Source: an uncultured virus (IMG/VR IMGVR_UViG_3300032893_000007) (taxonomy: Duplodnaviria > Heunggongvirae > Uroviricota > Caudoviricetes). Taken from it: a stretch of 64,000 nt of DNA. The translations under genes were made by a program, and so were the position numbers. This document shows, one piece after another, positions 46,142 through 53,939 of this stretch. Each line of letters opens with the position of its first letter. Position 1 is the first letter of the stretch. Under the pieces are notes generated by a model. That model saw nothing but the letters and a program-made list of their open reading frames with translations, made no database searches and was not told the DNA's origin. Location: the IMG/VR virus record IMGVR_UViG_3300032893_000007. The stretch is one strand, 5' to 3'.

Positions 46142-46747
46142 CTACTCGACGGCCGGGCCGACGAGACCGCCCTGGAAGTTGCGGGCGTTCGGGTTCTGGT
46201 TGGTCACCGAGATGGTGACGAACATCGAGATCTGCGCGGTGTCCATCTTCAGGCGGACGCCGAACGCGTTCTCGGTGAACATCACGGCGGGCAGCGCGCC
46301 GGTGGAGACCAGCTGGCTGTTCTTGCCGACCTTGATGTCCGTGATGAGGAAGTCGACCGCGATGTTCGAGGGGACGACCAGGCGCTCCGGGCGGAAGATG
46401 ACCTGCGGCTGGACGTTGATGTTCGCCGAGCTGTTGCCGGCGACGCTGGTCGAGCCGAGGCCGAGCGCGTACTCGCGGCTCGAGCGCGGGGAGACCGAGC
46501 GGAGCAGCGTGCCGGACTGCACGCGGCGGCGGAGCAGGTCGCGGGCCAGGGCGTTCTTCTGTCCCTTGGACAGTTTCTTCACGACCGCGCCCAGGATGTC
46601 GTCTGCACCGCTGTCGTCGCCGACGAAGGCTTCCTTGCCGCTTTCGTCGTCGCCTTCGAACAGGTCGCCCAAGATCTCGGTGAGGTCCGCGTTGCCGGAG
46701 TCGTCGCCGTCGAACAGGTCGCGTTCGCCGTACATTTCTTTCAACAT
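46142..46747 (-). CDS. Putative major capsid protein with single jelly-roll-like domain and acidic N-terminal extension
   Basis: Strong codon bias, AAGGA RBS, ~110 aa all-beta core QPQVIFRPERLVVP...DIKVGKNSQ; position at head of structural module; fold is inference. Confidence 0.6.
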   Translation of the reverse strand: MLKEMYGERDLFDGDDSGNADLTEILGDLFEGDDESGKEAFVGDDSGADDILGAVVKKLSKGQKNALARDLLRRRVQSGTLLRSVSPRSSREYALGLGSTSVAGNSSANINVQPQVIFRPERLVVPSNIAVDFLITDIKVGKNSQLVSTGALPAVMFTENAFGVRLKMDTAQISMFVTISVTNQNPNARNFQGGLVGPAVE

Positions 46748-46872
46748 GATCGTTTTCCTTTGTTCGTGAAGCTCGTCTCCGCTTCTTTCTCGGTGGTTGC
46801 CCGATGTGCGGCGGGGTCGAGCAGGGAGTTGGGGTTTTTGTTAACTAGGACTTCGAGTGGAGGTGCTGCGGC

Positions 46873-47337
46873 TCAGCCCGCGCGCACCAAGTTGGCGAGC
46901 TCTTTGTCGGCGATGGTCGAGCCCCCGGCGGTCTCCTTGTCGCCGAACATACCGGCCAGTCCGTGCATGAGGCTCCCGCCTTGTGCCACGCGCTCGCCCA
47001 CCCGGTAGCCCGTGGTCGTGAAGAACGACGCGAGGGCGCCGTCTCCGAACGCGTGCAGGTGGTGCGCGTAGGGCCGCGCAAAGTCGAAGAGTCCCATCAC
47101 GTGGAACGTGGCACCGGCCAAGAGGTCCACCGGCAGTCCGAGCAGCGTCAGTCCGCCCTGGGCCTTGAATCGACCCTGGACGACGCCGAACGCGAACGAC
47201 GAAAGAGACACGTCCGCGGTGCGGACGCTCTTGAGCTCTTTCGACAGGAACTGGTCGGCGCGGCTGAGAAGTCCGCGGGCTCCGAACCCGCCGGATCCCA
47301 TCCGCGACATGATGCTACCGCTCGTCAACCTCAGCAT
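46873..47337 (-). CDS. Gly-rich hydrophobic (membrane) protein preceding putative capsid gene
   Basis: ATG 47337 after AAGGAG; hydrophobic segments. Confidence 0.75.
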   Translation of the reverse strand: MLRLTSGSIMSRMGSGGFGARGLLSRADQFLSKELKSVRTADVSLSSFAFGVVQGRFKAQGGLTLLGLPVDLLAGATFHVMGLFDFARPYAHHLHAFGDGALASFFTTTGYRVGERVAQGGSLMHGLAGMFGDKETAGGSTIADKELANLVRAG

Positions 47338-47519
47338 TGTGGATCTCCTTTTCTCGTGTTTGTCCCGGAGCCTCGGCCCCAGGTCGCTTGGGCAGGCCCA
47401 CTCGTGGGCCCTGGTTTCTCCACGATCGTAGGAGGGGTGCTCGAGGTTCGCGCGCAGCGCGACTCGTCGACCGGAGTTCAACTTAAAAACTCAAAAATTC
47501 TCGGAGAACGAGGCGTCGA

Positions 47520-47631
47520 TATTCGTCGTTCGCGAAACACGAACGGCAACAAAAATAGTCGTGCGGGTCCTGGTTTGTGCTAACTCCGACACACTTTTTG
47601 GAATTCTTGCGCTGTTCGCGAATAGCGAATA
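47520..47631. promoter_or_regulatory. Two TTCG(C/T)-N5-GCGAA inverted-repeat operator candidates in a divergent control region
   Basis: TTCGT-CGTTC-GCGAA at 47522-47536; TTCGC-GAATA-GCGAA at 47615-47629. Confidence 0.55.
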
Positions 47632-47647
47632 TCGTCGCGCTCACCAC

Positions 47648-48205
47648 ATGCGAACCGAGACTCTGAGGCCGCAAGACGTACTCGTGGTCAGCAAGATCTT
47701 CACGCAGGGACTTTTGCGGGCGAACGTCACCTACGCGGGCCTCGCCGAAGACCTGGGGTTGTCGACGTCGACGGTACACGAGTCGGTGGTCCGCTGCCGG
47801 CAGTCTCAGATGCTCAGTCCCGACGGGTGGCAGGTTATGCCCTGGAGCCTGCGCGTCCTTCTGATCTCGGTAGTCCCGATGGTGTTCTACGCCGTGCGAG
47901 GAGGACTGACCAGCGGCATGCCGACTGCTACCCACGCCCGCGGTCTCGAAGGCAAGTTCAGGGGCGAGCAGGGACCGCTCGTCGTGTGGTGCGAGGACGG
48001 GGCGCCCGAGGGACTGCCGCGCGGGGAGGGGCTCGAGCCGCTCTACCCGATGGTGCCGGCGGCGTGCAGGTTCGACGAGATCCTCTACGAGCTCCTGGCG
48101 CTGGCAGACGTTATGAGGATCGGAAACGCGAGCGAGCGCACCACGGCGGTCGACCTCATCGACCGGCGGCTATTTGGCCAGGTGAAGAAAGGATCGCGGT
48201 CATGA
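47648..48205 (+). CDS. Winged-HTH protein, AbiEi-like antitoxin/regulator family
   Basis: LRPQDVLV, TYAGLAEDLGLSTSTVHES, GMPTA, LEPLYP.VP.A, LYELLAL.D.MRIG..ER. Confidence 0.75.
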   Translation: MRTETLRPQDVLVVSKIFTQGLLRANVTYAGLAEDLGLSTSTVHESVVRCRQSQMLSPDGWQVMPWSLRVLLISVVPMVFYAVRGGLTSGMPTATHARGLEGKFRGEQGPLVVWCEDGAPEGLPRGEGLEPLYPMVPAACRFDEILYELLALADVMRIGNASERTTAVDLIDRRLFGQVKKGSRS

Positions 48206-48762
48206 AGAAGACGGCATGCGCAACAGATCGAAGGAGGGCTGACGAGGTCGAGGACGTCGCGGAGACGCACCAGAAGACGGACGTCGTCCTGGGACTGCGG
48301 CCCGACCTGAGTGACGTCGACCTCAAGGCTACCTACAGGGATGCCTGGAGTCGCTACCAGGCTCTCATGGCGCAGAAGCTTCTGGGGTCAGGTCTCGTCC
48401 GCCTGGACGAGAGAGACCTTCAGCTGCTCGACGGGGAGCTTGAGATCTACGTGCCGCCTAGTGGTTGCGTCAGGCTGACGGGTCAGCCGCAGGTCGTCTT
48501 CAAGCCGGCCAGGGTTGTGATCGACGACGAGGCGTCGGCCTGGTACGACATAGTCGACGTTAAGGTCGGCCGGAACTCGCAGCTCATCTCGCCCGACAGA
48601 CTGCCCGGGACGTGCCACACGATGGTTTGCGCGCCGGTCATGAAGATGGAGGTGGTCCAGATCGCCATGAGCGTGACGGTCGACCTTGTGAACGTGACCA
48701 CCAGGCGCCAGCGCTACCCGAGGGTCGCGATGCACGGGTTCATGCTCGTTCCCAAGCATTAG
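48202..48762 (+). CDS. Single-domain paralog of putative capsid protein
   Basis: QPQVVFKPARVVI...DVKVGRNSQLIS...MKMEVVQIAMSVTVDLVN aligns to 46142-46747. Confidence 0.8.
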   Translation: MKKTACATDRRRADEVEDVAETHQKTDVVLGLRPDLSDVDLKATYRDAWSRYQALMAQKLLGSGLVRLDERDLQLLDGELEIYVPPSGCVRLTGQPQVVFKPARVVIDDEASAWYDIVDVKVGRNSQLISPDRLPGTCHTMVCAPVMKMEVVQIAMSVTVDLVNVTTRRQRYPRVAMHGFMLVPKH

Positions 48763-48771
48763 GACACGCGC

Positions 48772-49089
48772 GTGCACTTCTTCTGGCTCTTCTGCTCGAT
48801 CTTCTGCGTGGGAGTGGGGGACTACCTCTCGAAGCTGCAGGCAGGCCGGGAGTTCTCGGTTAAAAGCGTCGTCCTCGTCATGCTCGTCAACGCCGGTAGT
48901 ACCGCCTGCTGGCTCTTCGCGATCAGGGCCAGAAACGAGCTCGCCGTACTGGGTTCGATCTGGTCGCTCGTGTCCCTGGCGCTAGTCGTGGTGATGGGCG
49001 TCGCCTGCTTCCACGAGCCGCTCTCGAGGTGGCAGGTCGCGGGGCTCGTGCTCGCGGGGTCGTCGGTGGTGCTGCTCAACCTGTCGTAG
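48772..49089 (+). CDS. SMR/DMT-family four-TM small transporter
   Basis: 105 aa, 4 hydrophobic helices, GV..FHEPLS..Q..GL.L. Confidence 0.8.
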   Translation: MHFFWLFCSIFCVGVGDYLSKLQAGREFSVKSVVLVMLVNAGSTACWLFAIRARNELAVLGSIWSLVSLALVVVMGVACFHEPLSRWQVAGLVLAGSSVVLLNLS

Positions 49090-49103
49090 CGAAGGAGGCT
49101 CTC

Positions 49104-50591
49104 ATGGACGCGAAAGAAGAAATCTGTCAGCTGAAGTTTACTACTGGCCAGGTTGAACCGAGTCAGGAGTTTGATTTTTCGCTAAATCCGTGCCAGGGAA
49201 AACAAGATCCGAGCGACGCCGTGACGGTCGACTACCTGTGCTTCGACAGTCTGTCCAAAGATCTCGAGGTGGTCGACGTGACCGCGGGCGGAACCAGCAT
49301 CCTGCCGTCGAGCAGCCGCAACTTCAACTCTCCTCTCATGATCCAGCTCCTGCCGGCGACGTTCAGGGTCCCGCGACCCGACCGGTTGCTGCGCGTGAAG
49401 ATCCGGAACTGCTCGGGGGTCAGTCAGAGTTACTTGGGGACGCTGATCTTCCACCCGGCTACCTCCGCCGGGGAGGGACGCGAGGAAGACCGTCCGGAGA
49501 GCGGCGGCGAGCAGGGAGGAAGCTGGTCCAGGGACGCGGAGGTGGCGTTCGTGACCGGAGAGGTGCCTCCTGGCCATTCGGTCTCGGTGTCGGTGAGGGT
49601 CGACTGCGTCCTGGACGCCCTCGGCCTGGCCGTCGCGGAGAAGGTCGAGCTCCTCGGGCAGGGAGGGAGGGTCGAGGGAGACTTAGCGGGCGAGGAGGGT
49701 TTCTGCCCCCACTTGATCGACGGCGAGGGTCGGCTCAACCCCACGTGCTTCGTCGCCGCCGGCGACGAGGTCAGGTTCGCGGTGCGGAACCTGACCGACT
49801 CTCCGCGACGATTTTCCGGCCGCTTGCGCGTGAAGACGATCGACGTTCGGCGGTTGGTGAGGGGGGCACTCGACGAGGTCGCGAGGCCCGTCGAGGAGCA
49901 CTTCGAGGCGCTGTCCGGTATGAAGCGGAGGTTCACCGAGTACCTGGTCGACCGCTCGGCGAGGTGGTTCGCCGGCGGCTTCAGGAGGGGTATCGCGAGC
50001 GCGCGGCTCGCGGATGATCGGGCGGAGAAGGCGGAGTTGGGACCGCGGGGCGTCCTCGAGAAGCTGCTCGCGGCCGGCCTCGAGGTCGTGGACTCGGTCG
50101 CGTCCTCGGTCAAGATCTACCGGGAGTTCGCGCGGGCGAAGAAGGCGGGGGCCGACGCCGCGTGCCACGTGGACGGAGGTCCTGAGGCTCCGGGCGAGGA
50201 CGCTCGCCTCCTGGAGTACCCGCTGGGTCCCGTCGTGGTCGAGGCTGAGGAGACCCGCGACGTCGAGTGCTGTGTCGCGGGACCCTCGGTCGGGAGCGAG
50301 GAGGTGTTTCGGATGGTGAGGCTCGTCTTCGACGATACTTGCGCTCTCAACTTCGCGGTGCTGGACATCCTGGTCGACGGTAGGTCGCAGATCGCGACCA
50401 CGGACGGGCTCGAGGTGCCGGCCGTGGTCTTCTCGTCCGAGAGCGGGAGGACGGGCGCGGGCGACCTCGAGTGCGACCCGTGCCCTCCTGGAAGATCCGT
50501 CGTAGTCAGGGTCCGCAACACCACGCAGGAGCCCCGGCTCTTCGCCGGGAAGATCTGCGGTCGGAACGAGCCTGTCGTTCAGACGGTTTGA
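49104..50591 (+). CDS. Multi-domain (about 3 degenerate copies) paralog of putative capsid domain
   Basis: Three segments end in V..RN.......F/Y.G; C-terminal copy FR..RLVF..NFAVLDILVDGRSQI...PAVVF. Confidence 0.65.
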   Translation: MDAKEEICQLKFTTGQVEPSQEFDFSLNPCQGKQDPSDAVTVDYLCFDSLSKDLEVVDVTAGGTSILPSSSRNFNSPLMIQLLPATFRVPRPDRLLRVKIRNCSGVSQSYLGTLIFHPATSAGEGREEDRPESGGEQGGSWSRDAEVAFVTGEVPPGHSVSVSVRVDCVLDALGLAVAEKVELLGQGGRVEGDLAGEEGFCPHLIDGEGRLNPTCFVAAGDEVRFAVRNLTDSPRRFSGRLRVKTIDVRRLVRGALDEVARPVEEHFEALSGMKRRFTEYLVDRSARWFAGGFRRGIASARLADDRAEKAELGPRGVLEKLLAAGLEVVDSVASSVKIYREFARAKKAGADAACHVDGGPEAPGEDARLLEYPLGPVVVEAEETRDVECCVAGPSVGSEEVFRMVRLVFDDTCALNFAVLDILVDGRSQIATTDGLEVPAVVFSSESGRTGAGDLECDPCPPGRSVVVRVRNTTQEPRLFAGKICGRNEPVVQTV

Positions 50592-50606
50592 CGAGGAGGA
50601 GCGAGC

Positions 50607-51338
50607 ATGTTCGAGAGAAAAAATACGCAGTCGGTCCAGTCGGTAACGTACGAGGTCGGGAGCTGCGCTGTCGATGCCGAGTCCACCAACGTCCTGACGT
50701 CTCACCCTCACAGTCCTGACGGCAGGGAGTTCTACCCGACCTGGCTCGTGGTCGAGGCCCTCGAGGGAGATCTCGAGGAGATTCTCATAACGGACGTCAA
50801 GGTGGGACCGAACTCGCAGTTGTGGTCGATGAGGGCACTGCCGGCCTCGCTGTTCGGACCGACCGCGCGGACGCAGGTGCTCAAGCTCGACTCCATGGCC
50901 GAGGGACGGCGGCTCCGCGTCGACTTCGCGAACGGCGGGGCGACTAAGGCACTTTTGAGGGTGAGAGTGGTCGGTCAGTACGAGGCGCCCGCCGGCGGGC
51001 AGGGGCTCGTGGGGCTCGGCTCGACGAGGGTCGACGGTACTGCCAACATCCTCGTCGCGCCCCAGCTGATCATGCAGCCGTCGCGTCTCTTCTTCTCTCC
51101 GAGGATGCTCGAGGTGCTGTCGGTCGATGAGGTGTCGAACGGTCCCTACCTCGACGTGGAGTCGTACTCGAGGGTGCCTCCCGAGCAACTCCAGCTCCAG
51201 AACCTTCGAGGTTCGGGCGAGATATGCTTTAAGCCCTGCTCGAGGATCGGTCGAGGTGTCTACCTCACGATCGAGGTGCACAACTTGACGAGCAGCCCGC
51301 AGTACTTCACCGGCGCAGTCATAGCTCGACTGCCGTAG
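50607..51338 (+). CDS. Tandem two-domain paralog of putative capsid protein
   Basis: ILITDVKVGPNSQL..ALPASLF (domain 1); GLGSTRV..ANILVAPQLIMQPSRL...LTIEVHN..QYFTG (domain 2). Confidence 0.75.
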   Translation: MFERKNTQSVQSVTYEVGSCAVDAESTNVLTSHPHSPDGREFYPTWLVVEALEGDLEEILITDVKVGPNSQLWSMRALPASLFGPTARTQVLKLDSMAEGRRLRVDFANGGATKALLRVRVVGQYEAPAGGQGLVGLGSTRVDGTANILVAPQLIMQPSRLFFSPRMLEVLSVDEVSNGPYLDVESYSRVPPEQLQLQNLRGSGEICFKPCSRIGRGVYLTIEVHNLTSSPQYFTGAVIARLP

Positions 51339-51357
51339 GCTGTAGGTATTCTGCGGG

Positions 51358-52005
51358 TCAGAAGTTCTTCCTGAGAAACGACTCGAAGGTCTGCCTGAGC
51401 TTCTTCGCTTCGTGGTCGTTGTACTCGCACATAGCGGAGAATACGCGGCTCCTGGCGACCTGCTTCAGGACGGCCGCGTGCTCGTCTCCGAGATACGGCT
51501 CGCAGAGCTCGGGATGGAAGGTACTGCCGAGGCTGGCCAGTCTGACGACGTCACGCTCGTCCTTGTCGCCCTTGGCGGAGCCTCTCCGAGACAGGCAGGC
51601 GTCGAGCTTGAGGACCAGCAGGTGCTCGGGGCAGGCCGCTCTCATGGTGACGTGCTCGGCGTTGTAGTTGCTGGCGTGGGCCAGGAGCTCGTCGTACGGT
51701 ACGGCGAGGTTGTTTTGGCGCTCGACGTAGACGTCGATCTCCACGCCGTCGATGATGACCTGTTGTTTGCCGAGCCGGCGGTTGGCGACTACCTCGACCT
51801 GGTCGCGCAGGACCGACAGGTCGACGAGCGACACCATCACGTCGCTGTCGTGACTTACCTCCGCGTACTTCTGAGTCGTCCGGTGGTTGACGGTGTGTAG
51901 GTACACGGCTACGCCTCCTATGAAGACGTGACCGGGCAGCCCGGCTGCCAGGTTCAGGCTGACGTCGAGCACGTGTTTGAAATCGTCGCTTGCTTCGCCT
52001 CGCAT
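51358..52005 (-). CDS. Nucleotidyltransferase (Pol-beta superfamily, AbiEii-like)
   Basis: VFIGGVAV..H...SHDSD, LVLKL.A...R..S.KG.KD..D. Confidence 0.85.
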   Translation of the reverse strand: MRGEASDDFKHVLDVSLNLAAGLPGHVFIGGVAVYLHTVNHRTTQKYAEVSHDSDVMVSLVDLSVLRDQVEVVANRRLGKQQVIIDGVEIDVYVERQNNLAVPYDELLAHASNYNAEHVTMRAACPEHLLVLKLDACLSRRGSAKGDKDERDVVRLASLGSTFHPELCEPYLGDEHAAVLKQVARSRVFSAMCEYNDHEAKKLRQTFESFLRKNF

Positions 52006-52013
52006 GGAGAGTT

Positions 52014-52041
52014 ATTATAGTGACAGTAACGGAAATTGCAA
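52014..52041 (-). promoter_or_regulatory. Promoter TTGCAA-N16-TATAAT for nucleotidyltransferase (near-leaderless)
   Basis: Consensus -10 ends 8 nt before ATG 52005. Confidence 0.6.
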
Positions 52042-52044
52042 CCC

Positions 52045-52446
52045 ATGGGACTCCCGGCGTTCATACCGCAGCCTCAGGTTTCGCTCGCTCTGCCCGAGGG
52101 AGCAGACGTGACGTTGGGGGAGCTCTGCGCGGCGGCAGGCGTGAGGTGCCGCGTGACCGGTATCTCGGCCTCAAGACCTTTGAAGATCGCCCCGGCCCGG
52201 GAGTTGTCGGCGGTCCGTCTTCCCGGACAGCTTAGTCCGGTGTGGCTCGGGGTGCCGGACGGTCCTCCCGAGAGGAGGGCGATGCTCGCCCTGGGACTCC
52301 TCGCGTACGGAGTGTTCGACTACGCCGCGAGAGAGACGCTGCGAGGGATCCCGAAGTCGCGCGCGGTCGCCGAACCGGGACGTCCGAGGACGGGTCGGGC
52401 TCTCACGTCCGCGGAGAGGCAGCGCCGTCATCGCGGACGGATGTAG
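52045..52446 (+). CDS. Hypothetical protein with C-terminal GRP...T.AERQRR.R basic DNA-binding motif
   Basis: GRPRTGRALTSAERQRRHR. Confidence 0.65.
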   Translation: MGLPAFIPQPQVSLALPEGADVTLGELCAAAGVRCRVTGISASRPLKIAPARELSAVRLPGQLSPVWLGVPDGPPERRAMLALGLLAYGVFDYAARETLRGIPKSRAVAEPGRPRTGRALTSAERQRRHRGRM

Positions 52447-52465
52447 GTCAAGGACCTTCTCGTGT

Positions 52466-52735
52466 TTACCGGTAGACTTCTCGTCGGTGTCCGATCCTGA
52501 CGACCCAGATCTCTACGAAGGCATCTCTCAAGGTGGCGACGATGCGGTAGTCGCCGACCCTGTATTTCCAGTAACTGCCGAGCTCGGTTCCCGCGAGGGC
52601 CTCGCCGAGAGACCTAGGGTCGTCGAGCGACTCTAGTCTTCTCACGTACTTGGAGATCCTGAGCTGGACGGGCTTGTCGAGATCCTCGAGGTCTTTTCGG
52701 GCGGCGCTCGAGAAGACGACGGTCCACCTAGGCAC
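52466..52735 (-). CDS. relE: Type II toxin, RelE/ParE family
   Basis: A.KDL..LDK..Q.RI...DPR..G.AL.G....WKYRVGDYRI...V.IGHRREVYR. Confidence 0.92.
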   Translation of the reverse strand: MPRWTVVFSSAARKDLEDLDKPVQLRISKYVRRLESLDDPRSLGEALAGTELGSYWKYRVGDYRIVATLRDAFVEIWVVRIGHRREVYR

Positions 52736-52967
52736 GATGTCTCCGCTTGGTCAGGCCAAGCTCTCGGAACAGGTCGGACGCCGTGATTCCCTCGTCGCCC
52801 GAGCGGAGGGCCTCAGAGACCCTGATCTCGGCCAGATAGAAGTCTTCGAGATCGTCGATGTGCTCTGACACCGCCTCCCTTACGTAATGCGTTTTTGTGC
52901 GTCCCGTCTTCTTGGAGAGTGCGTCGAGCCTATTTTCGAGGTCTGGTGTCAACCGTACGGCGATCAT
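52728..52967 (-). CDS. Type II antitoxin, RHH (RelB/TraY-like)
   Basis: IAVRL..DLE.RLD.L.KKTGRTK..YVREA...DDLEDFYLAE; overlaps toxin. Confidence 0.9.
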   Translation of the reverse strand: MIAVRLTPDLENRLDALSKKTGRTKTHYVREAVSEHIDDLEDFYLAEIRVSEALRSGDEGITASDLFRELGLTKRRHRA

Positions 52968-52980
52968 AGTATCTTCCTCG

Positions 52981-53020
52981 TTTGATATATTTGTATATCA
53001 AAGGATGATGAGTTAGTCAA
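52981..53020 (-). promoter_or_regulatory. TA promoter with perfect 9-bp inverted-repeat operator
   Basis: TTTGATATA-N4-TATATCAAA at 52981-53002; TTGACT at 53015-53020. Confidence 0.8.
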
Positions 53021-53029
53021 CGGAGGAGT

Positions 53030-53131
53030 TCAGCACCTTGACTTCGGTCTGCAGCGTCGCCACTCGGCGACCCACATGAGGACGGCGCCAAGGAGGCTCC
53101 CGAACGTGAGGACGTAGCAGGCGATCTGCAT
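53030..53131 (-). CDS. 33-aa single-TM peptide
   Basis: MQIACYVLTFGSLLGAVLMWVAEWRRC; TGATG coupling. Confidence 0.5.
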   Translation of the reverse strand: MQIACYVLTFGSLLGAVLMWVAEWRRCRPKSRC

Positions 53132-53754
53132 CACGTGTAGCTCCAGAAGCGGGTGAGGGGGACGCCGTCGACCCTTACCTCCCTGGCGCCCGCGGCGATC
53201 CTCCGGGCGGCGACGTCCGCCGAGCTTGACCGGTACTTGGCGTACCTCACCGGATCTGCCAGGTAGAGGGCGTGGTTGCGGTCCTGGGCTTCCGGAGCAT
53301 CCCACTGCACGGCGCCCTCGACGAAGTCTGGCACTCGCCCGTCGACGATCGCCTGCGCGAGCGCGAGGGTGCGGGCCGTGGGGGGACGGCTCGTGTCGGC
53401 GTAGGGGTTCGCGGTCTGCCGGCCGAAGTGGCCGCGCGGGGCGAGGGTTGGGAACACGAGGCTGGCTCTTTCTCGCACCTTGTTCCAGACGGCTCGGCCG
53501 ACGGCTAGGCGGCCGCGGTCGCCCGACTCCTCGCTCTGCATCGCGGAGGCGAGGGCGTAGACCGGCAAGGATACGCCGGCCGCCCTGGCGAGCCCGGCCG
53601 GGGAGGCGAGGACGACTCCGAGCTCGTTCGGGGCGTGGAGCCTCGTCTCGACGGAGGCGTCCAGGGCGAGGCGGACGACCTCGGCGAGCGTCACCCCGCC
53701 GGCGACGGCCGCCACCATGAACCAGGGTCTGCTCTGCGTGGGGAGTCTCAGCAT
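53131..53754 (-). CDS. Membrane-anchored SleB/Hydrolase_2-like cell-wall hydrolase
   Basis: N-terminal TM; ALASAMQSE...RLAVG..V.N...D...GA.QWD. Confidence 0.7.
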   Translation of the reverse strand: MLRLPTQSRPWFMVAAVAGGVTLAEVVRLALDASVETRLHAPNELGVVLASPAGLARAAGVSLPVYALASAMQSEESGDRGRLAVGRAVWNKVRERASLVFPTLAPRGHFGRQTANPYADTSRPPTARTLALAQAIVDGRVPDFVEGAVQWDAPEAQDRNHALYLADPVRYAKYRSSSADVAARRIAAGAREVRVDGVPLTRFWSYT

Positions 53755-53759
53755 GGTGC

Positions 53760-53939
53760 TCACACCTGTACGGTGATCCTGTATCGTTGGTATTCGCCGA
53801 AGTCCCACTCGACCTCATCGTAGTAGGACGTCTCCTCGTGAAATCGAGTGGGAACGCGGTCGTACTTCAGGCGAGGGCCGAACGTGAGTACGGCGAAGAG
53901 TGGCGTTGGTTGAGGTGTTGCTGGGTGAAGTGATTTCAT
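53760..53939 (-). CDS. 59-aa hypothetical protein (not in ORF track)
   Basis: ATGA-coupled to upstream gene; fills the gap. Confidence 0.45.
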   Translation of the reverse strand: MKSLHPATPQPTPLFAVLTFGPRLKYDRVPTRFHEETSYYDEVEWDFGEYQRYRITVQV

